From the NCBI GenBank assembly GCA_963923035.1, contig CAWUKT010000025.1, positions 2,163 through 66,162 on the forward strand: a DNA stretch of 64,000 bases, written 5' to 3'. Positions 45,508-54,419 of the stretch are shown piece after piece. The translations under genes and the position numbers were made by a program. This stretch comes from an uncultured bacterium. GTDB lineage: Bacteria; Bacteroidota; Bacteroidia; J057; JADKCL01. A model generated the notes under the pieces. The model ran no database searches. It saw nothing but the letters and a program-made list of their open reading frames with translations, and had not been told where the DNA came from. How positions within the stretch are numbered: position 1 is the first letter of the stretch; every line of letters starts with the position of its first letter.

Positions 45508-46626
45508 TTATTTGTTTTCGATGGAAGACAAGCGGGCTTTCAGTTCGGTATTTTCCGCTTTCAACTCGGCCAGGGACTTTTCCTGTTGAATGGTGTACAG
45601 GGTCAATTCTTCCACCTTCTTCAAGAGGACCTTTTGCATTTCTCCCACCGAAACGCCGTCTTCCACATCTTTCGCGGAGGGAACTTCCGGCAGGTGCTTG
45701 TGCGTGTTGACAAAGGCTTCCACTTCTTCGAGGTCCCGGAGTTCGTAATCGGATTCGAAGACGTAATCGGGCCAGCTGGTGCTGTTCTGAATGGTGATGC
45801 CCTCCGCGAGGATTTCGCCGTCAACTGTCATCAGGTAGCCACCCGGAACGAAGGTGCGGGGATTGTAGCCCACATTGAGCTGGGTGTTGAGGAAGTTGTG
45901 GCGAACCAGGGTGTACTCACCGCCAAAAGAACGGCCATTGTAGGAGACGCCGCCGCCATCAGGGACGATCCGGGCCAGGTTGCCGCCGCCAAAGTTGATG
46001 GCGTCGTCGAAGTAGACTTCGCCCTGGACTTCCAGCTTGCGCACGGTCGGAGTCCGTCCGATGCCAACGTTGCCATTGTTTTGGATGACCATCTTTTCCG
46101 AAGCGGCCCCGCCAGCTCCTGTCACCATCGAAATGTCATCGTTGATGGCGTACAGCTGGGTATTCCCATTGAGGGAGCGGAGTACGAGGTCACCGGCTTG
46201 GGCAGTGGGGGAATAAAAACCGGGGTTGGTGGCGACGGCCATTTGGGCTGTGAACCCGCCGCCGGAAAGCCGCAGTGCCGGATTGGTGGAGTCCACAATG
46301 TGCAGCTTGTCGGAGGGATTGACGATCCCGATGCCTACGCGGCCATTGGACCGGACAATCATGCGCTCCTGGTTGCCCACCCGGAAGTGGATGTTGCGAC
46401 CGGAGCCCGCATTCAGATAGGTCGTACAATTATCGGCCTGGAGGAGGGCGTAATTGTTGCCATTGATGCAATTGACATTGCCGAAGACGGCGAAGCCGGC
46501 ATTTTGCGGCCAGGTTCCGTAGGCGCCCTTGCCGACGGTCTGGGTCTGCGCCACCAGCAGGACGGGGAACAGCCCGAGGACGAGCAAGGCGAGGCGTTGA
46601 AAAAGGGTGATTGTTGATGAGTTCAT
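45508..46626 (-). CDS. Secreted tail-fibre-like protein with C-terminal coiled coil (no T9SS CTD)
   Basis: 372 aa. Signal peptide and a repetitive beta region. C-terminal WPDYVFESDYELRDLEEVEAFVNTHKHLPEVPSAKDVE...EELTLYTIQQEK, a pattern recurrent in Bacteroidota tail-fibre-like proteins. Confidence 0.8.
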   Translation of the reverse strand: MNSSTITLFQRLALLVLGLFPVLLVAQTQTVGKGAYGTWPQNAGFAVFGNVNCINGNNYALLQADNCTTYLNAGSGRNIHFRVGNQERMIVRSNGRVGIGIVNPSDKLHIVDSTNPALRLSGGGFTAQMAVATNPGFYSPTAQAGDLVLRSLNGNTQLYAINDDISMVTGAGGAASEKMVIQNNGNVGIGRTPTVRKLEVQGEVYFDDAINFGGGNLARIVPDGGGVSYNGRSFGGEYTLVRHNFLNTQLNVGYNPRTFVPGGYLMTVDGEILAEGITIQNSTSWPDYVFESDYELRDLEEVEAFVNTHKHLPEVPSAKDVEDGVSVGEMQKVLLKKVEELTLYTIQQEKSLAELKAENTELKARLSSIENK

Positions 46627-46873
46627 GTAATGATTGTTAAATTGAAAATGGATTAGTTAAGGCATGCAAAGGGGGGCTTGGTTCGGAAACCAAGGGTCAC
46701 CCAAAGCGTAAATCATGGTAGAGGATAAAGTCCTGAGGCCATTTTGGAAATGGCGCCAAGTGTTTGTTACAGGTCAATAGTAACAGTTTTCCTCTAGCTG
46801 AACCGCCATTTTTTTCGTTTTTAGTACAATCACCCGCACAACTACGTAGTTTTACGGGGTCAATTCTCCGCAA

Positions 46874-48121
46874 ATGCGTCTACTGTACCAGCGCTACGAA
46901 ACCTGGATGGTCAATTTGATTGACCAACGCCACCAAGGCCAGCAACAACTCCTGTTACCGGCCATTGCGGTATTCCTGATGGCCACCATCGGAGGGTTCT
47001 TCTCCTTTCTCTTCTCCCTGGTCTTCGTTTCGGCGGCGGAAGATTCGTTTTTCTGGATGTTCTTGTTCCAGGTGTTCTTCAGCGTTGTCTTCCTCATTTC
47101 CTTCGTTCAGGGCTGGGTTTCTCTGAAAACCCTCATTTTCATCTTCGTTTTCTCCAATTCCCTGTTCACCAGCTCGGTCGCTTTCGCGGACGGCGGGTTG
47201 GATTCTCCTTTTCTGCCCTGGCTTTCCCTGGCTCCCTTCGTCAGCTTCCTGTTGATGGGCTACCGGGGATTCGTGGTTTGGGGCGGCGTCGCCATTGGCC
47301 TTTTCATCCTGTTTGTTTTCCAACCCCGGCTCCTCCCTCCGCCCCCTCCGATTCCCAATCAATCGGTCAGCCTGTATTCTTATACCGGTCTCTACCTCGC
47401 GGAAATGCTGACGGTGGGGCTGATCGTATGGGTCCGGCGCCGGTCAGAACGGACGGCCCGCCAGCTCGATGCGAATTTTCAGGCGCGGCAGGATTTGGAA
47501 AAGGCCCGCTCAGCGGGCGCAATGGCCGAGCGGGAACAAATTTTGTCCCGGCTGCGGGAGCACCTGTCTCCCCGTTTGGAAGCGGTGCGGGAGGCCCAGA
47601 AGAAATGGTTTGCCGAGATGGGAACGCCGGTGGATGGTGCCAATGCCGAATTCAGGATTGGGGCAATTCAGGAAGAGGCGGAACGGATCGTACAGGACCA
47701 TCCCCGGCCGCCGGATGCGGCCGAAAACTTGCAGAATGCGATCACAGGCCTGGCGGATGAATTGCGTCGGGGCTTGGGCATCATGGTTGAATTGCGGGTT
47801 CCGGCCCAGCCGCTCATGCCCATGACGCCCGGGAACCTTCACCTTTTCCGGATTGTCCAGGAGGCCTGCCGGAACATCGCCCGGCACGCCCAGGCGAAAA
47901 AGGTCCGCATCTTCCTGCACAGCGATGATGACCAGCTCCTCCGGCTCGAAATCCACGACGATGGCATTGGCTTCCATCCCCAATCGACCCTGGGCCAGGG
48001 GCTCCAAAACATGAAAGACCGCGTGGCCATGATGGGCGGGCGGTTTTCCCTGGACACGGCCCCCGGCCGTGGCACCCGGATTTTCTGCGATTTTCAACCT
48101 TTGATGCGGCCCATGTCATGA
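46874..48121 (+). CDS. Membrane sensor histidine kinase (HisKA_3/NarX-type) with divergent H-box and intact ATPase domain
   Basis: 415 aa with a multi-TM N-terminus carrying a GGLDSPFLPWL motif. The DHp segment EREQILSRLREHLSPRL replaces the canonical ExxRIARELHD. Canonical N-box QEACRNIARHA, G1 HDDGIGF and G2 GQGLQNMKDRV are present. Confidence 0.85.
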   Translation: MRLLYQRYETWMVNLIDQRHQGQQQLLLPAIAVFLMATIGGFFSFLFSLVFVSAAEDSFFWMFLFQVFFSVVFLISFVQGWVSLKTLIFIFVFSNSLFTSSVAFADGGLDSPFLPWLSLAPFVSFLLMGYRGFVVWGGVAIGLFILFVFQPRLLPPPPPIPNQSVSLYSYTGLYLAEMLTVGLIVWVRRRSERTARQLDANFQARQDLEKARSAGAMAEREQILSRLREHLSPRLEAVREAQKKWFAEMGTPVDGANAEFRIGAIQEEAERIVQDHPRPPDAAENLQNAITGLADELRRGLGIMVELRVPAQPLMPMTPGNLHLFRIVQEACRNIARHAQAKKVRIFLHSDDDQLLRLEIHDDGIGFHPQSTLGQGLQNMKDRVAMMGGRFSLDTAPGRGTRIFCDFQPLMRPMS

Positions 48122-49356
48122 GCCAGCGCATCTCCATATCGCCCCTCAACCGACTCAGCCGCATTTTCCTCCGCAGCTTTCCCCCTCGGAGCCAGGAACT
48201 TCAACGGGCCTGGGTCCTCACTTATCTCGGAGGGATGGTGCAGCTCTTCACCCTCTTCTTCATTGTCCTGTACTCCCTCCTCGAGCTTCCCGTACCGGCC
48301 ATCATCTGCCTGTATGGGTTTCTGAGCGTATTTGTGGAGTACTGGATGATTTTTCGGAAAAAATGGACCCGGCTGGCGGCTCATTTTTATTGCTTGACCA
48401 CGGTCATCTTCTTTTGCGGCTTCTCTTGGTTCTCGGGCGCCATTGATTCTCCCTTTATTCCCTGGCTGGCCACCGCCCCGATTGTCGCGGCCATCACCCT
48501 CCCCTCCCGCGATACCTTGCTCTGGGTCCTCATCGGCCTCGCCCTGATGGCGGCCCAGGTGGTGCTGGAGCCCTATGCTCCGTCCAAATCCTACCTGGGT
48601 TACCCCGAAATGGCGTCCTCCATTCGCGGAATTGCCTACGGGTCATTTTTCTTGTTCGCCCTCTCCATCATCCTGATCTACGACCAAGTCCGCAAGGATT
48701 TGGACCGTTATGAACGTCTGGCGGCGCGGGAAGGGGAAGCGGAAGGAATGGACCTCCGGGAACACCTAGCGGGTCGGGAAGCCGAACGGCAGCGCATTGC
48801 CCGGGAATTCCACGATCATCTGGGAACGGTCTTGACGGTACTGCGGCTGCGACATCAAGGCCTGCCGGAAGAATCGCCCGCCGCCCAGACCTTTTATAAG
48901 GAGTTGGCTGAAGTCGCCGGTTTCCTCAACTCCATTTCGCGGGGCTACTCGGTCCATTCATTGCGGGATTTTGGGTTGGAGAAAGTGGTGGAGAAAATGT
49001 TGTTGGAATTGGAGGCGGAAAAGGGGATTGAAACGGAATTGATCGTAGATGCCGGGGAGACGACTAATTTTTCGGTGCTGGAAATTGATTTTTTCAGAAT
49101 GGTACAGATATTGGTCGAAGTGTGCCGGCTAGATCCCCAGGTACAATTTGTCTCCTTCCAATTCCTCACCCTGGACCAAAGGGTTCAGTTTTTGGCTGAG
49201 TTGGAGGGACTTTCTTCCCTTGAAATCGCCACTCAGCATCCGGGCTGGACCGAATTGCTGGACCGGGGCCGGGTGGAAGGCGCAGACCTGACCGTTGAGT
49301 TTTCCCCGCAGCGGGGCCTCACCCTCATTTATGAAAACAAACTAACGCAGACATGA
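48118..49356 (+). CDS. Paralogous membrane histidine-kinase-like protein with canonical H-box but degenerate ATP-binding domain
   Basis: 412 aa. Same TM architecture (GAIDSPFIPWL) and a canonical HisKA_3 box EAERQRIAREFHDHLGTVL. The C-terminal domain lacks recognisable N/G1/G2 boxes (VQILVEVCRLDP, LAELEGLSS, HPGWTELLDRG). ATGA overlap with the upstream gene. Confidence 0.8.
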   Translation: MSQRISISPLNRLSRIFLRSFPPRSQELQRAWVLTYLGGMVQLFTLFFIVLYSLLELPVPAIICLYGFLSVFVEYWMIFRKKWTRLAAHFYCLTTVIFFCGFSWFSGAIDSPFIPWLATAPIVAAITLPSRDTLLWVLIGLALMAAQVVLEPYAPSKSYLGYPEMASSIRGIAYGSFFLFALSIILIYDQVRKDLDRYERLAAREGEAEGMDLREHLAGREAERQRIAREFHDHLGTVLTVLRLRHQGLPEESPAAQTFYKELAEVAGFLNSISRGYSVHSLRDFGLEKVVEKMLLELEAEKGIETELIVDAGETTNFSVLEIDFFRMVQILVEVCRLDPQVQFVSFQFLTLDQRVQFLAELEGLSSLEIATQHPGWTELLDRGRVEGADLTVEFSPQRGLTLIYENKLTQT

Positions 49357-50006
49357 AAACGATCAAATTGATGCTGGCCGATGATCACGAGTTGATCCGA
49401 TCCGGAATCCGCCACCTCCTTCAACAGGAACCTTCGGTGGTTGTGGTAGGAGAAGTGAGCAGCGGACAGGAACTCCTGCGGGAAGTGGAGAGCCAACAGC
49501 CCGATGTGGTGCTGATGGACATTGAGATGCCCCAGATGAATGGATTGAAGGCGGCGGAAGAGGTTTTGAAGAAATTCCCTGATTTGAAAATTATCCTGTT
49601 GACGATGTATACTGAGGAGCATTACCTGGAACGTTGTCTGGAGATCGGTTGTCGGGGGTATTTGCTGAAGCAATCGGATACGGGGGAAATCCTGGAAGCC
49701 ATCCGGCAGGTCTACCAGGGCGAGGTCTATTTTGGGGCGGGTGTCTCCAAGCACTTCCTGCAACGTTCTGTTACGCGCTCCGGCCTGAACCCCAAGCTGG
49801 GGAAGGCCCGGCTGTCCCGTCGGGAGACGGAAGTCCTCCATTTGATCGCGGAAGGGCTGAGTTCCAAGGAAATTGCCGACAAGCTGTTCATCAGCGTGCG
49901 GACCGTGGAAACGCACCGCAGCAATATTCTGCACAAGCTGGAGCTTCAGAATACGGCCCAATTGGTCCGCTATGCGATCAAGCACAAGCTGGTCGATCTC
50001 GGCTGA
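49353..50006 (+). CDS. NarL/FixJ-family response regulator (REC + LuxR HTH)
   Basis: 217 aa. DD...D (LADDHE, VLMDIEMP) receiver signature and C-terminal LSRRETEVLHLIAEGLSSKEIADKLFISVRTVETHR. ATGA overlap with the upstream kinase-like gene. Confidence 0.93.
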   Translation: MKTIKLMLADDHELIRSGIRHLLQQEPSVVVVGEVSSGQELLREVESQQPDVVLMDIEMPQMNGLKAAEEVLKKFPDLKIILLTMYTEEHYLERCLEIGCRGYLLKQSDTGEILEAIRQVYQGEVYFGAGVSKHFLQRSVTRSGLNPKLGKARLSRRETEVLHLIAEGLSSKEIADKLFISVRTVETHRSNILHKLELQNTAQLVRYAIKHKLVDLG

Positions 50007-50018
50007 GAAAACGCGGGT

Positions 50019-50046
50019 AAATGGGAGCCTGGTTTCGTCCCATTTT
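50019..50046 (+). terminator. Putative terminator after the response regulator
   Basis: Perfect 8-bp stem AAATGGGA / TCCCATTT with an 11-nt loop. The T-run is short. Confidence 0.45.
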
Positions 50047-50217
50047 CACCTCCACCGTTCACGGCCTTTGCCGTGAAGAGATTTCTGTTTGTTTTCCCCC
50101 TTTTCCAGACCGTCTATTTATCCTTGTTATCCCCACCCCAACCGTTCAAAACTGTTTGTGTTTTTGGATTCTTCTCCCCAATTTAGCGGCCTGTAATACA
50201 CCAAAAACAGCTCTACT

Positions 50218-50730
50218 TTGGAACTACAAACACTACTCTTCTGGATATTTGCCATCATGGGTGTGGCCGGTGGAGTTGGACTGATTCTGAACCGGAATCC
50301 TGTTTACTCGGCCTTGAGTCTGATCATCAACTTCTTTGCCATCGCTGGGCTCTATCTGACCCTCGAAGCGGAGTTCCTGGCGATCATCCAAATCCTGGTC
50401 TACGCCGGGGCGATCATGGTCCTTTTCCTGTTCGTGATCATGCTCCTCAACCTGAGTAAAGAACCCAAACAATCCCCCTTTTCGGTGGGCATCATTGCCG
50501 GGAGTATCCTGGCCATTGCCTTTTTGGTCGAGATGTTCATCGCATTCCAGGGAGTTGGGGCAGCTGGCGCTGCCGAGCCGTTCCGGTTCAATACCACCGA
50601 GGTGATCGGTCGTTTGATGATGACCACCTACCTCTTCCCCTTTGAAATGATTTCGGTGATCCTGATTGCGGCCCTGATCGGCGCGATTGTGATCGCGAAA
50701 AAGTATAACTACGAGAACGAAAATCAGTAA
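50218..50730 (+). CDS. nuoJ: NADH-quinone oxidoreductase subunit J
   Basis: 170 aa. NRNPVYSALSLI...AEFLAIIQILVYAGAIMVLFLFVIMLL is the NuoJ signature. The TTG start was chosen to retain the first TM helix. An alternative ATG at 50257 would truncate it. Confidence 0.85.
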   Translation: MELQTLLFWIFAIMGVAGGVGLILNRNPVYSALSLIINFFAIAGLYLTLEAEFLAIIQILVYAGAIMVLFLFVIMLLNLSKEPKQSPFSVGIIAGSILAIAFLVEMFIAFQGVGAAGAAEPFRFNTTEVIGRLMMTTYLFPFEMISVILIAALIGAIVIAKKYNYENENQ

Positions 50731-50733
50731 TAA

Positions 50734-51039
50734 ATGGAACCCAACGCCTATTATTACCTCGCAGTCAGCACCTTCATGTTCGTTTTGGGCATGGTAGGAG
50801 TCCTGACGCGTAAGAATGCGATCGTCATTTTTATGTGTGTGGAGCTGATGCTGAACGCGGTCAATCTATCTTTGATTACGTTCTCCCGGATGCACAACGA
50901 TGCCAGTGGTTCAATGTTGGTGTTCTTTGTAATGGTCGTGGCAGCCGCGGAAGCGGTCGTCGGTTTGGCCATTATCATCTCGATGTTCCGAAACAAACAG
51001 GATATCGACATCAACAATTTCAACCTCTTTAAGTGGTAG
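50734..51039 (+). CDS. nuoK: NADH-quinone oxidoreductase subunit K
   Basis: 101 aa, 3 TM. Contains [10 protein letters not shown] and [13 protein letters not shown], carrying the conserved Glu residues. Confidence 0.93.
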   Translation: MEPNAYYYLAVSTFMFVLGMVGVLTRKNAIVIFMCVELMLNAVNLSLITFSRMHNDASGSMLVFFVMVVAAAEAVVGLAIIISMFRNKQDIDINNFNLFKW

Positions 51040-51060
51040 CCCTCAAAATTGAATTGATCC

Positions 51061-53166
51061 ATGCAACCTGAACTGCTCAGTCTGGTCCTTCTCCTTCCCG
51101 CCCTCGGCTCCTTGCTGATTGGGATTGGAGGATTCGTAGCGCCTTCCCTGCGGAAGCAGGAAGGACTCATTGGAGCCCTCGGTACCCTCATGGTCCTGGT
51201 TCCTTTCGTTTTGGTGGTCATTACTTTCCTGAATTACGAAGCGCCGATTGAGTTCGGCTTGCTTGGTGGTCCGGATTCCCTCCACTGGATGCAATTGGGG
51301 GATTATACCCTCAATTTTACCTATCGCTTTGACGAATTGTCCCTGATCATGGCCATGGTCGTTACGGGTGTCGGGTCGCTGATCCACATCTATTCAATTG
51401 GCTATATGCACGGGGACCGTGGCTATTATAAGTTTTTCCTCTACCTGAACCTCTTCATCTTCTCGATGTTGAACCTCATCCTGGGCAATAACTTGGTGGT
51501 GCTGTTCCTGGGTTGGGAAGGTGTAGGTGCCTGTTCCTACTTCCTGATCGGTTTCTGGTACGAGGACATGCAAAAGGCCGCTGCCGCTCAGAAGGCCTTC
51601 GTGGCCAACCGTCTGGGTGACTTCGCGATGCTGACCGCCATGATGATGATTTTCAACATCACGGGCACCCTGACCCTCGGTGGGGAAGGCGGCATCCTCG
51701 ATCCTGCCAACCTGGCCCTCTTCGAGGGAACCACTGAGCAATGGCTCGTCCCGCTGCTCCTGTTCCTGGCCGCGACGGGTAAATCAGCCCAGATTCCCCT
51801 ATACGTCTGGCTACCAGACGCCATGGCCGGTCCAACTCCAGTTTCCGCCCTGATCCACGCCGCGACGATGGTGACCTCGGGGATTTACCTGATTGCCCGT
51901 ACCGGCACCATGTTCTCAGGCAATCCCGATCTCGGCATTACCGGCGCGCCGGAAATCATGATGATCGTCGGCATTGGAGGGGCCTTGACCGCGTTGTTGG
52001 CCGCCTTGATTGCGGTCGGGCAAAATGACATCAAGAAGGTTCTGGCCTATTCTACGGTCTCCCAGCTGGGCTTTATGTTCATGGCTTTGGGCGCTGGCGC
52101 CTTTACCACGGCCATTTTCCACGTGATGACACACGCCTTCTTCAAGGCCTGTCTCTTCCTTGGTTCCGGATCTGTGATCCACGCCATGGAACATATGCAC
52201 ACGGTCGACGATCCCCAAGACGTCCGTACCATGGGCAACCTGAAGAAGTATATGCCCGCGACGCACATTACCTTCTTCATCTCGACCCTCGCCATTGCGG
52301 GTATCCCGCTGCTGTCTGGTTTCTTCTCCAAGGACGAAATCATGACCATGAACTTCCTCAACGGAGTCAGTGGCGAAGGCGTTTACTTCGGCATTTGGGC
52401 CATCGGAATGTTTACCGCCTTCCTGACGGCTTTCTATATGACCCGGGTTTACCACCTCACGTTCCGCGGCAAGGAGCGCTTCCCCGATACGAAGCATCCC
52501 CACGAAAGCCCGGCGACCATGACCATTCCGCTGTATATCCTCGCGGGTCTGGCCATCGTTGGAGGGTATATCGGTATCCCGGCCGTATTCGGACACGGCA
52601 AGTACCACTGGCTGAACAAGTTCCTTGGTGGTGGCGGTGGTCACCATGAGGCCGCTGGCCATGAAGCCGCCGGTCACGGGGCTGAGCACGCTGCGGACCA
52701 TGCCGCCGGAGGCGCTGAGCACGCGCTGGGCGCCGTCGACATGAGCCACATGCACCATGTGGAAGAATATGCTTCCCTCGGACTCGAAATTTTCCTGATT
52801 GGATTCTCGATCCTGATCGCCCTGGGTGGGGTGGCCATTGCGTGGCGCTTCTATACCAAGCATCAGGTTGAAGGCGACGTCATCCTGCGCAAGCGATTGG
52901 GCAAGCTCCACGTAGCCATGGAAAACAAGTTCTACGTGGATGAAATCTACGAAGCCATTCTCCTGAAGCCCTTCGTTTGGTTGGGCAGCAACTTCATCAT
53001 GGCCATTGACCGGTACGTGATCGATGGCATTGTCCGGGGAATCGGAGATTTCATTTTGTTCCTCGGTGATGGCATCAAGACCCTGCAAACCGGTTTGGTA
53101 GGTCAGTATGCCTTGCTGCTGGTGATTGGTGTGGTGAGTATCCTCACCTACCTCTTCGTATTCTGA
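51061..53166 (+). CDS. nuoL: NADH-quinone oxidoreductase subunit L (with His-rich insertion)
   Basis: 701 aa. Antiporter-like core (FLGWEGVGACSYFLIGFW, SALIHAATMVTSGIYL, AYSTVSQLGFM), plus a 44-residue Gly/His/Ala-rich insertion before the C-terminal helices. Confidence 0.95.
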   Translation: MQPELLSLVLLLPALGSLLIGIGGFVAPSLRKQEGLIGALGTLMVLVPFVLVVITFLNYEAPIEFGLLGGPDSLHWMQLGDYTLNFTYRFDELSLIMAMVVTGVGSLIHIYSIGYMHGDRGYYKFFLYLNLFIFSMLNLILGNNLVVLFLGWEGVGACSYFLIGFWYEDMQKAAAAQKAFVANRLGDFAMLTAMMMIFNITGTLTLGGEGGILDPANLALFEGTTEQWLVPLLLFLAATGKSAQIPLYVWLPDAMAGPTPVSALIHAATMVTSGIYLIARTGTMFSGNPDLGITGAPEIMMIVGIGGALTALLAALIAVGQNDIKKVLAYSTVSQLGFMFMALGAGAFTTAIFHVMTHAFFKACLFLGSGSVIHAMEHMHTVDDPQDVRTMGNLKKYMPATHITFFISTLAIAGIPLLSGFFSKDEIMTMNFLNGVSGEGVYFGIWAIGMFTAFLTAFYMTRVYHLTFRGKERFPDTKHPHESPATMTIPLYILAGLAIVGGYIGIPAVFGHGKYHWLNKFLGGGGGHHEAAGHEAAGHGAEHAADHAAGGAEHALGAVDMSHMHHVEEYASLGLEIFLIGFSILIALGGVAIAWRFYTKHQVEGDVILRKRLGKLHVAMENKFYVDEIYEAILLKPFVWLGSNFIMAIDRYVIDGIVRGIGDFILFLGDGIKTLQTGLVGQYALLLVIGVVSILTYLFVF

Positions 53167-53190
53167 TTGAACTCATTTTCAACGATATAC

Positions 53191-53216
53191 AGCCCGGCAA
53201 TTGCCGGGCTTTTTTA
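53191..53216 (+). terminator. Intrinsic terminator after nuoL
   Basis: Palindrome AGCCCGGC-AATT-GCCGGGCT followed by TTTTTA. Confidence 0.8.
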
Positions 53217-53333
53217 TTTGTCTCCCCTCCTTCCCTGCATTTCTCTTCCCTCCTCTTTTTGGTGGAAAAAACTTACCCACATTCCCAGCCCCAACCGAGA
53301 GCCCGCGCGTTCTCCTTCATCCAATATTTTTTG

Positions 53334-53341
53334 TAGCTTTG
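53334..53341 (+). promoter_or_regulatory. -7 box TAGCTTTG upstream of lpxD
   Basis: Perfect TAnnTTTG match 23 nt before the ATG at 53365. It lies inside the spurious N-terminal extension of the tracked ORF. Confidence 0.5.
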
Positions 53342-53364
53342 CCCGAATATGTGCTTGGAAATGT

Positions 53365-54405
53365 ATGAAGTTAACGGTCGGTGAAATCGCCCAACTCATT
53401 GGAGCGGAGGTAGACGGAGACGGTACCCTGCCCATTACCGGATTGGCCAAGATTGAAGAAGGTCAGCCCGGTACCATTACTTTTTTCGCAAATCCCAAAT
53501 ACGAGTCCTTTATCTATTCGACTCAGGCCAGCGCCATCATCGTGCCGGCGGATTGGGAACCGCGGGAATCGGTTTCTCCCACCCTACTGCGTTCCAAGGA
53601 CCCCTATTCTGCCTTTACGGCCCTCCTCCAGAAGGCCAATGAAATGCTCCAGCAAAAGTCGGGCATTGAATCTCCCAGCTTTATCCACGAAACGGCCAAG
53701 GTCGGCAAAGATGTCTACATCGGCGCCTTTGCGTATATCGGAGCCGGAGCGGTGGTCGGAGATGGCGCAAAAATTTATCCCCAAACCTACGTCGGCGACT
53801 ATGCGCGGGTAGGTACCAACAGTACCCTCTACGCCAATGTCGCTTTGTACCATGCCTGCCAGGTCGGTGCCAATTGTATTGTGCATTCCGGGGCGGTCAT
53901 TGGGAGCGATGGATTTGGATTCGCGCCGCAGGGAGATGGGAGTATGAAAAAAATCCCCCAGACTGGAATCGTGCGGGTGGAAGACAATGTAGAAATCGGC
54001 GCAGGAACTGTGATTGACCGGGCTACTTTGGGAGAAACGGTCATTCGGGAGGGGGTAAAATTGGACAACCTCATCCAGATCGCCCACAATGTAGAAATTG
54101 GCGCCCATACCGTCATTGCTGCCCAAACCGGAGTTTCGGGGAGTACGAAGCTGGGGAAAAATTGTATGGTCGGAGGCCAGGTCGGCATTGTCGGCCATCT
54201 TCAATTGGCGGACCGCACCCAAATCGGAGCTCAAAGTGGCTTGTCCAAGTCGGTCAAAGAACCCGGCAAGGCATTCCGTGGGAGCCCCGCGCAGGATTAC
54301 CGCCAACAACTGCGGTCAGAAGCGGTTTTCCGCAACCTCGATGCCCTGGCCCGGAAGGTCCATGAGCTCGAAAAACAATTGAAACAACTGCAACAAGAAA
54401 GCTAA
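53365..54405 (+). CDS. lpxD: UDP-3-O-acylglucosamine N-acyltransferase
   Basis: Start at MKLTVGEIAQLIGAEVDGDG, a typical LpxD N-terminus. Left-handed beta-helix hexapeptide repeats. The 5' part of the tracked ORF (53167-53364) spans the nuoL terminator and a promoter box. Confidence 0.93.
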   Translation: MKLTVGEIAQLIGAEVDGDGTLPITGLAKIEEGQPGTITFFANPKYESFIYSTQASAIIVPADWEPRESVSPTLLRSKDPYSAFTALLQKANEMLQQKSGIESPSFIHETAKVGKDVYIGAFAYIGAGAVVGDGAKIYPQTYVGDYARVGTNSTLYANVALYHACQVGANCIVHSGAVIGSDGFGFAPQGDGSMKKIPQTGIVRVEDNVEIGAGTVIDRATLGETVIREGVKLDNLIQIAHNVEIGAHTVIAAQTGVSGSTKLGKNCMVGGQVGIVGHLQLADRTQIGAQSGLSKSVKEPGKAFRGSPAQDYRQQLRSEAVFRNLDALARKVHELEKQLKQLQQES

Positions 54406-54419
54406 GCAGATACGATTTA

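Noticed and set aside
53167-53364. N-terminal extensions of tracked ORFs, here lpxD. The same issue occurs at 56653, 57766, 55902, 12392, 12841, 28695 and 33337.
   Set aside because: The extensions cross terminators or promoter boxes, or lack the signal peptide that appears at the internal Met. Internal starts give canonical N-termini.
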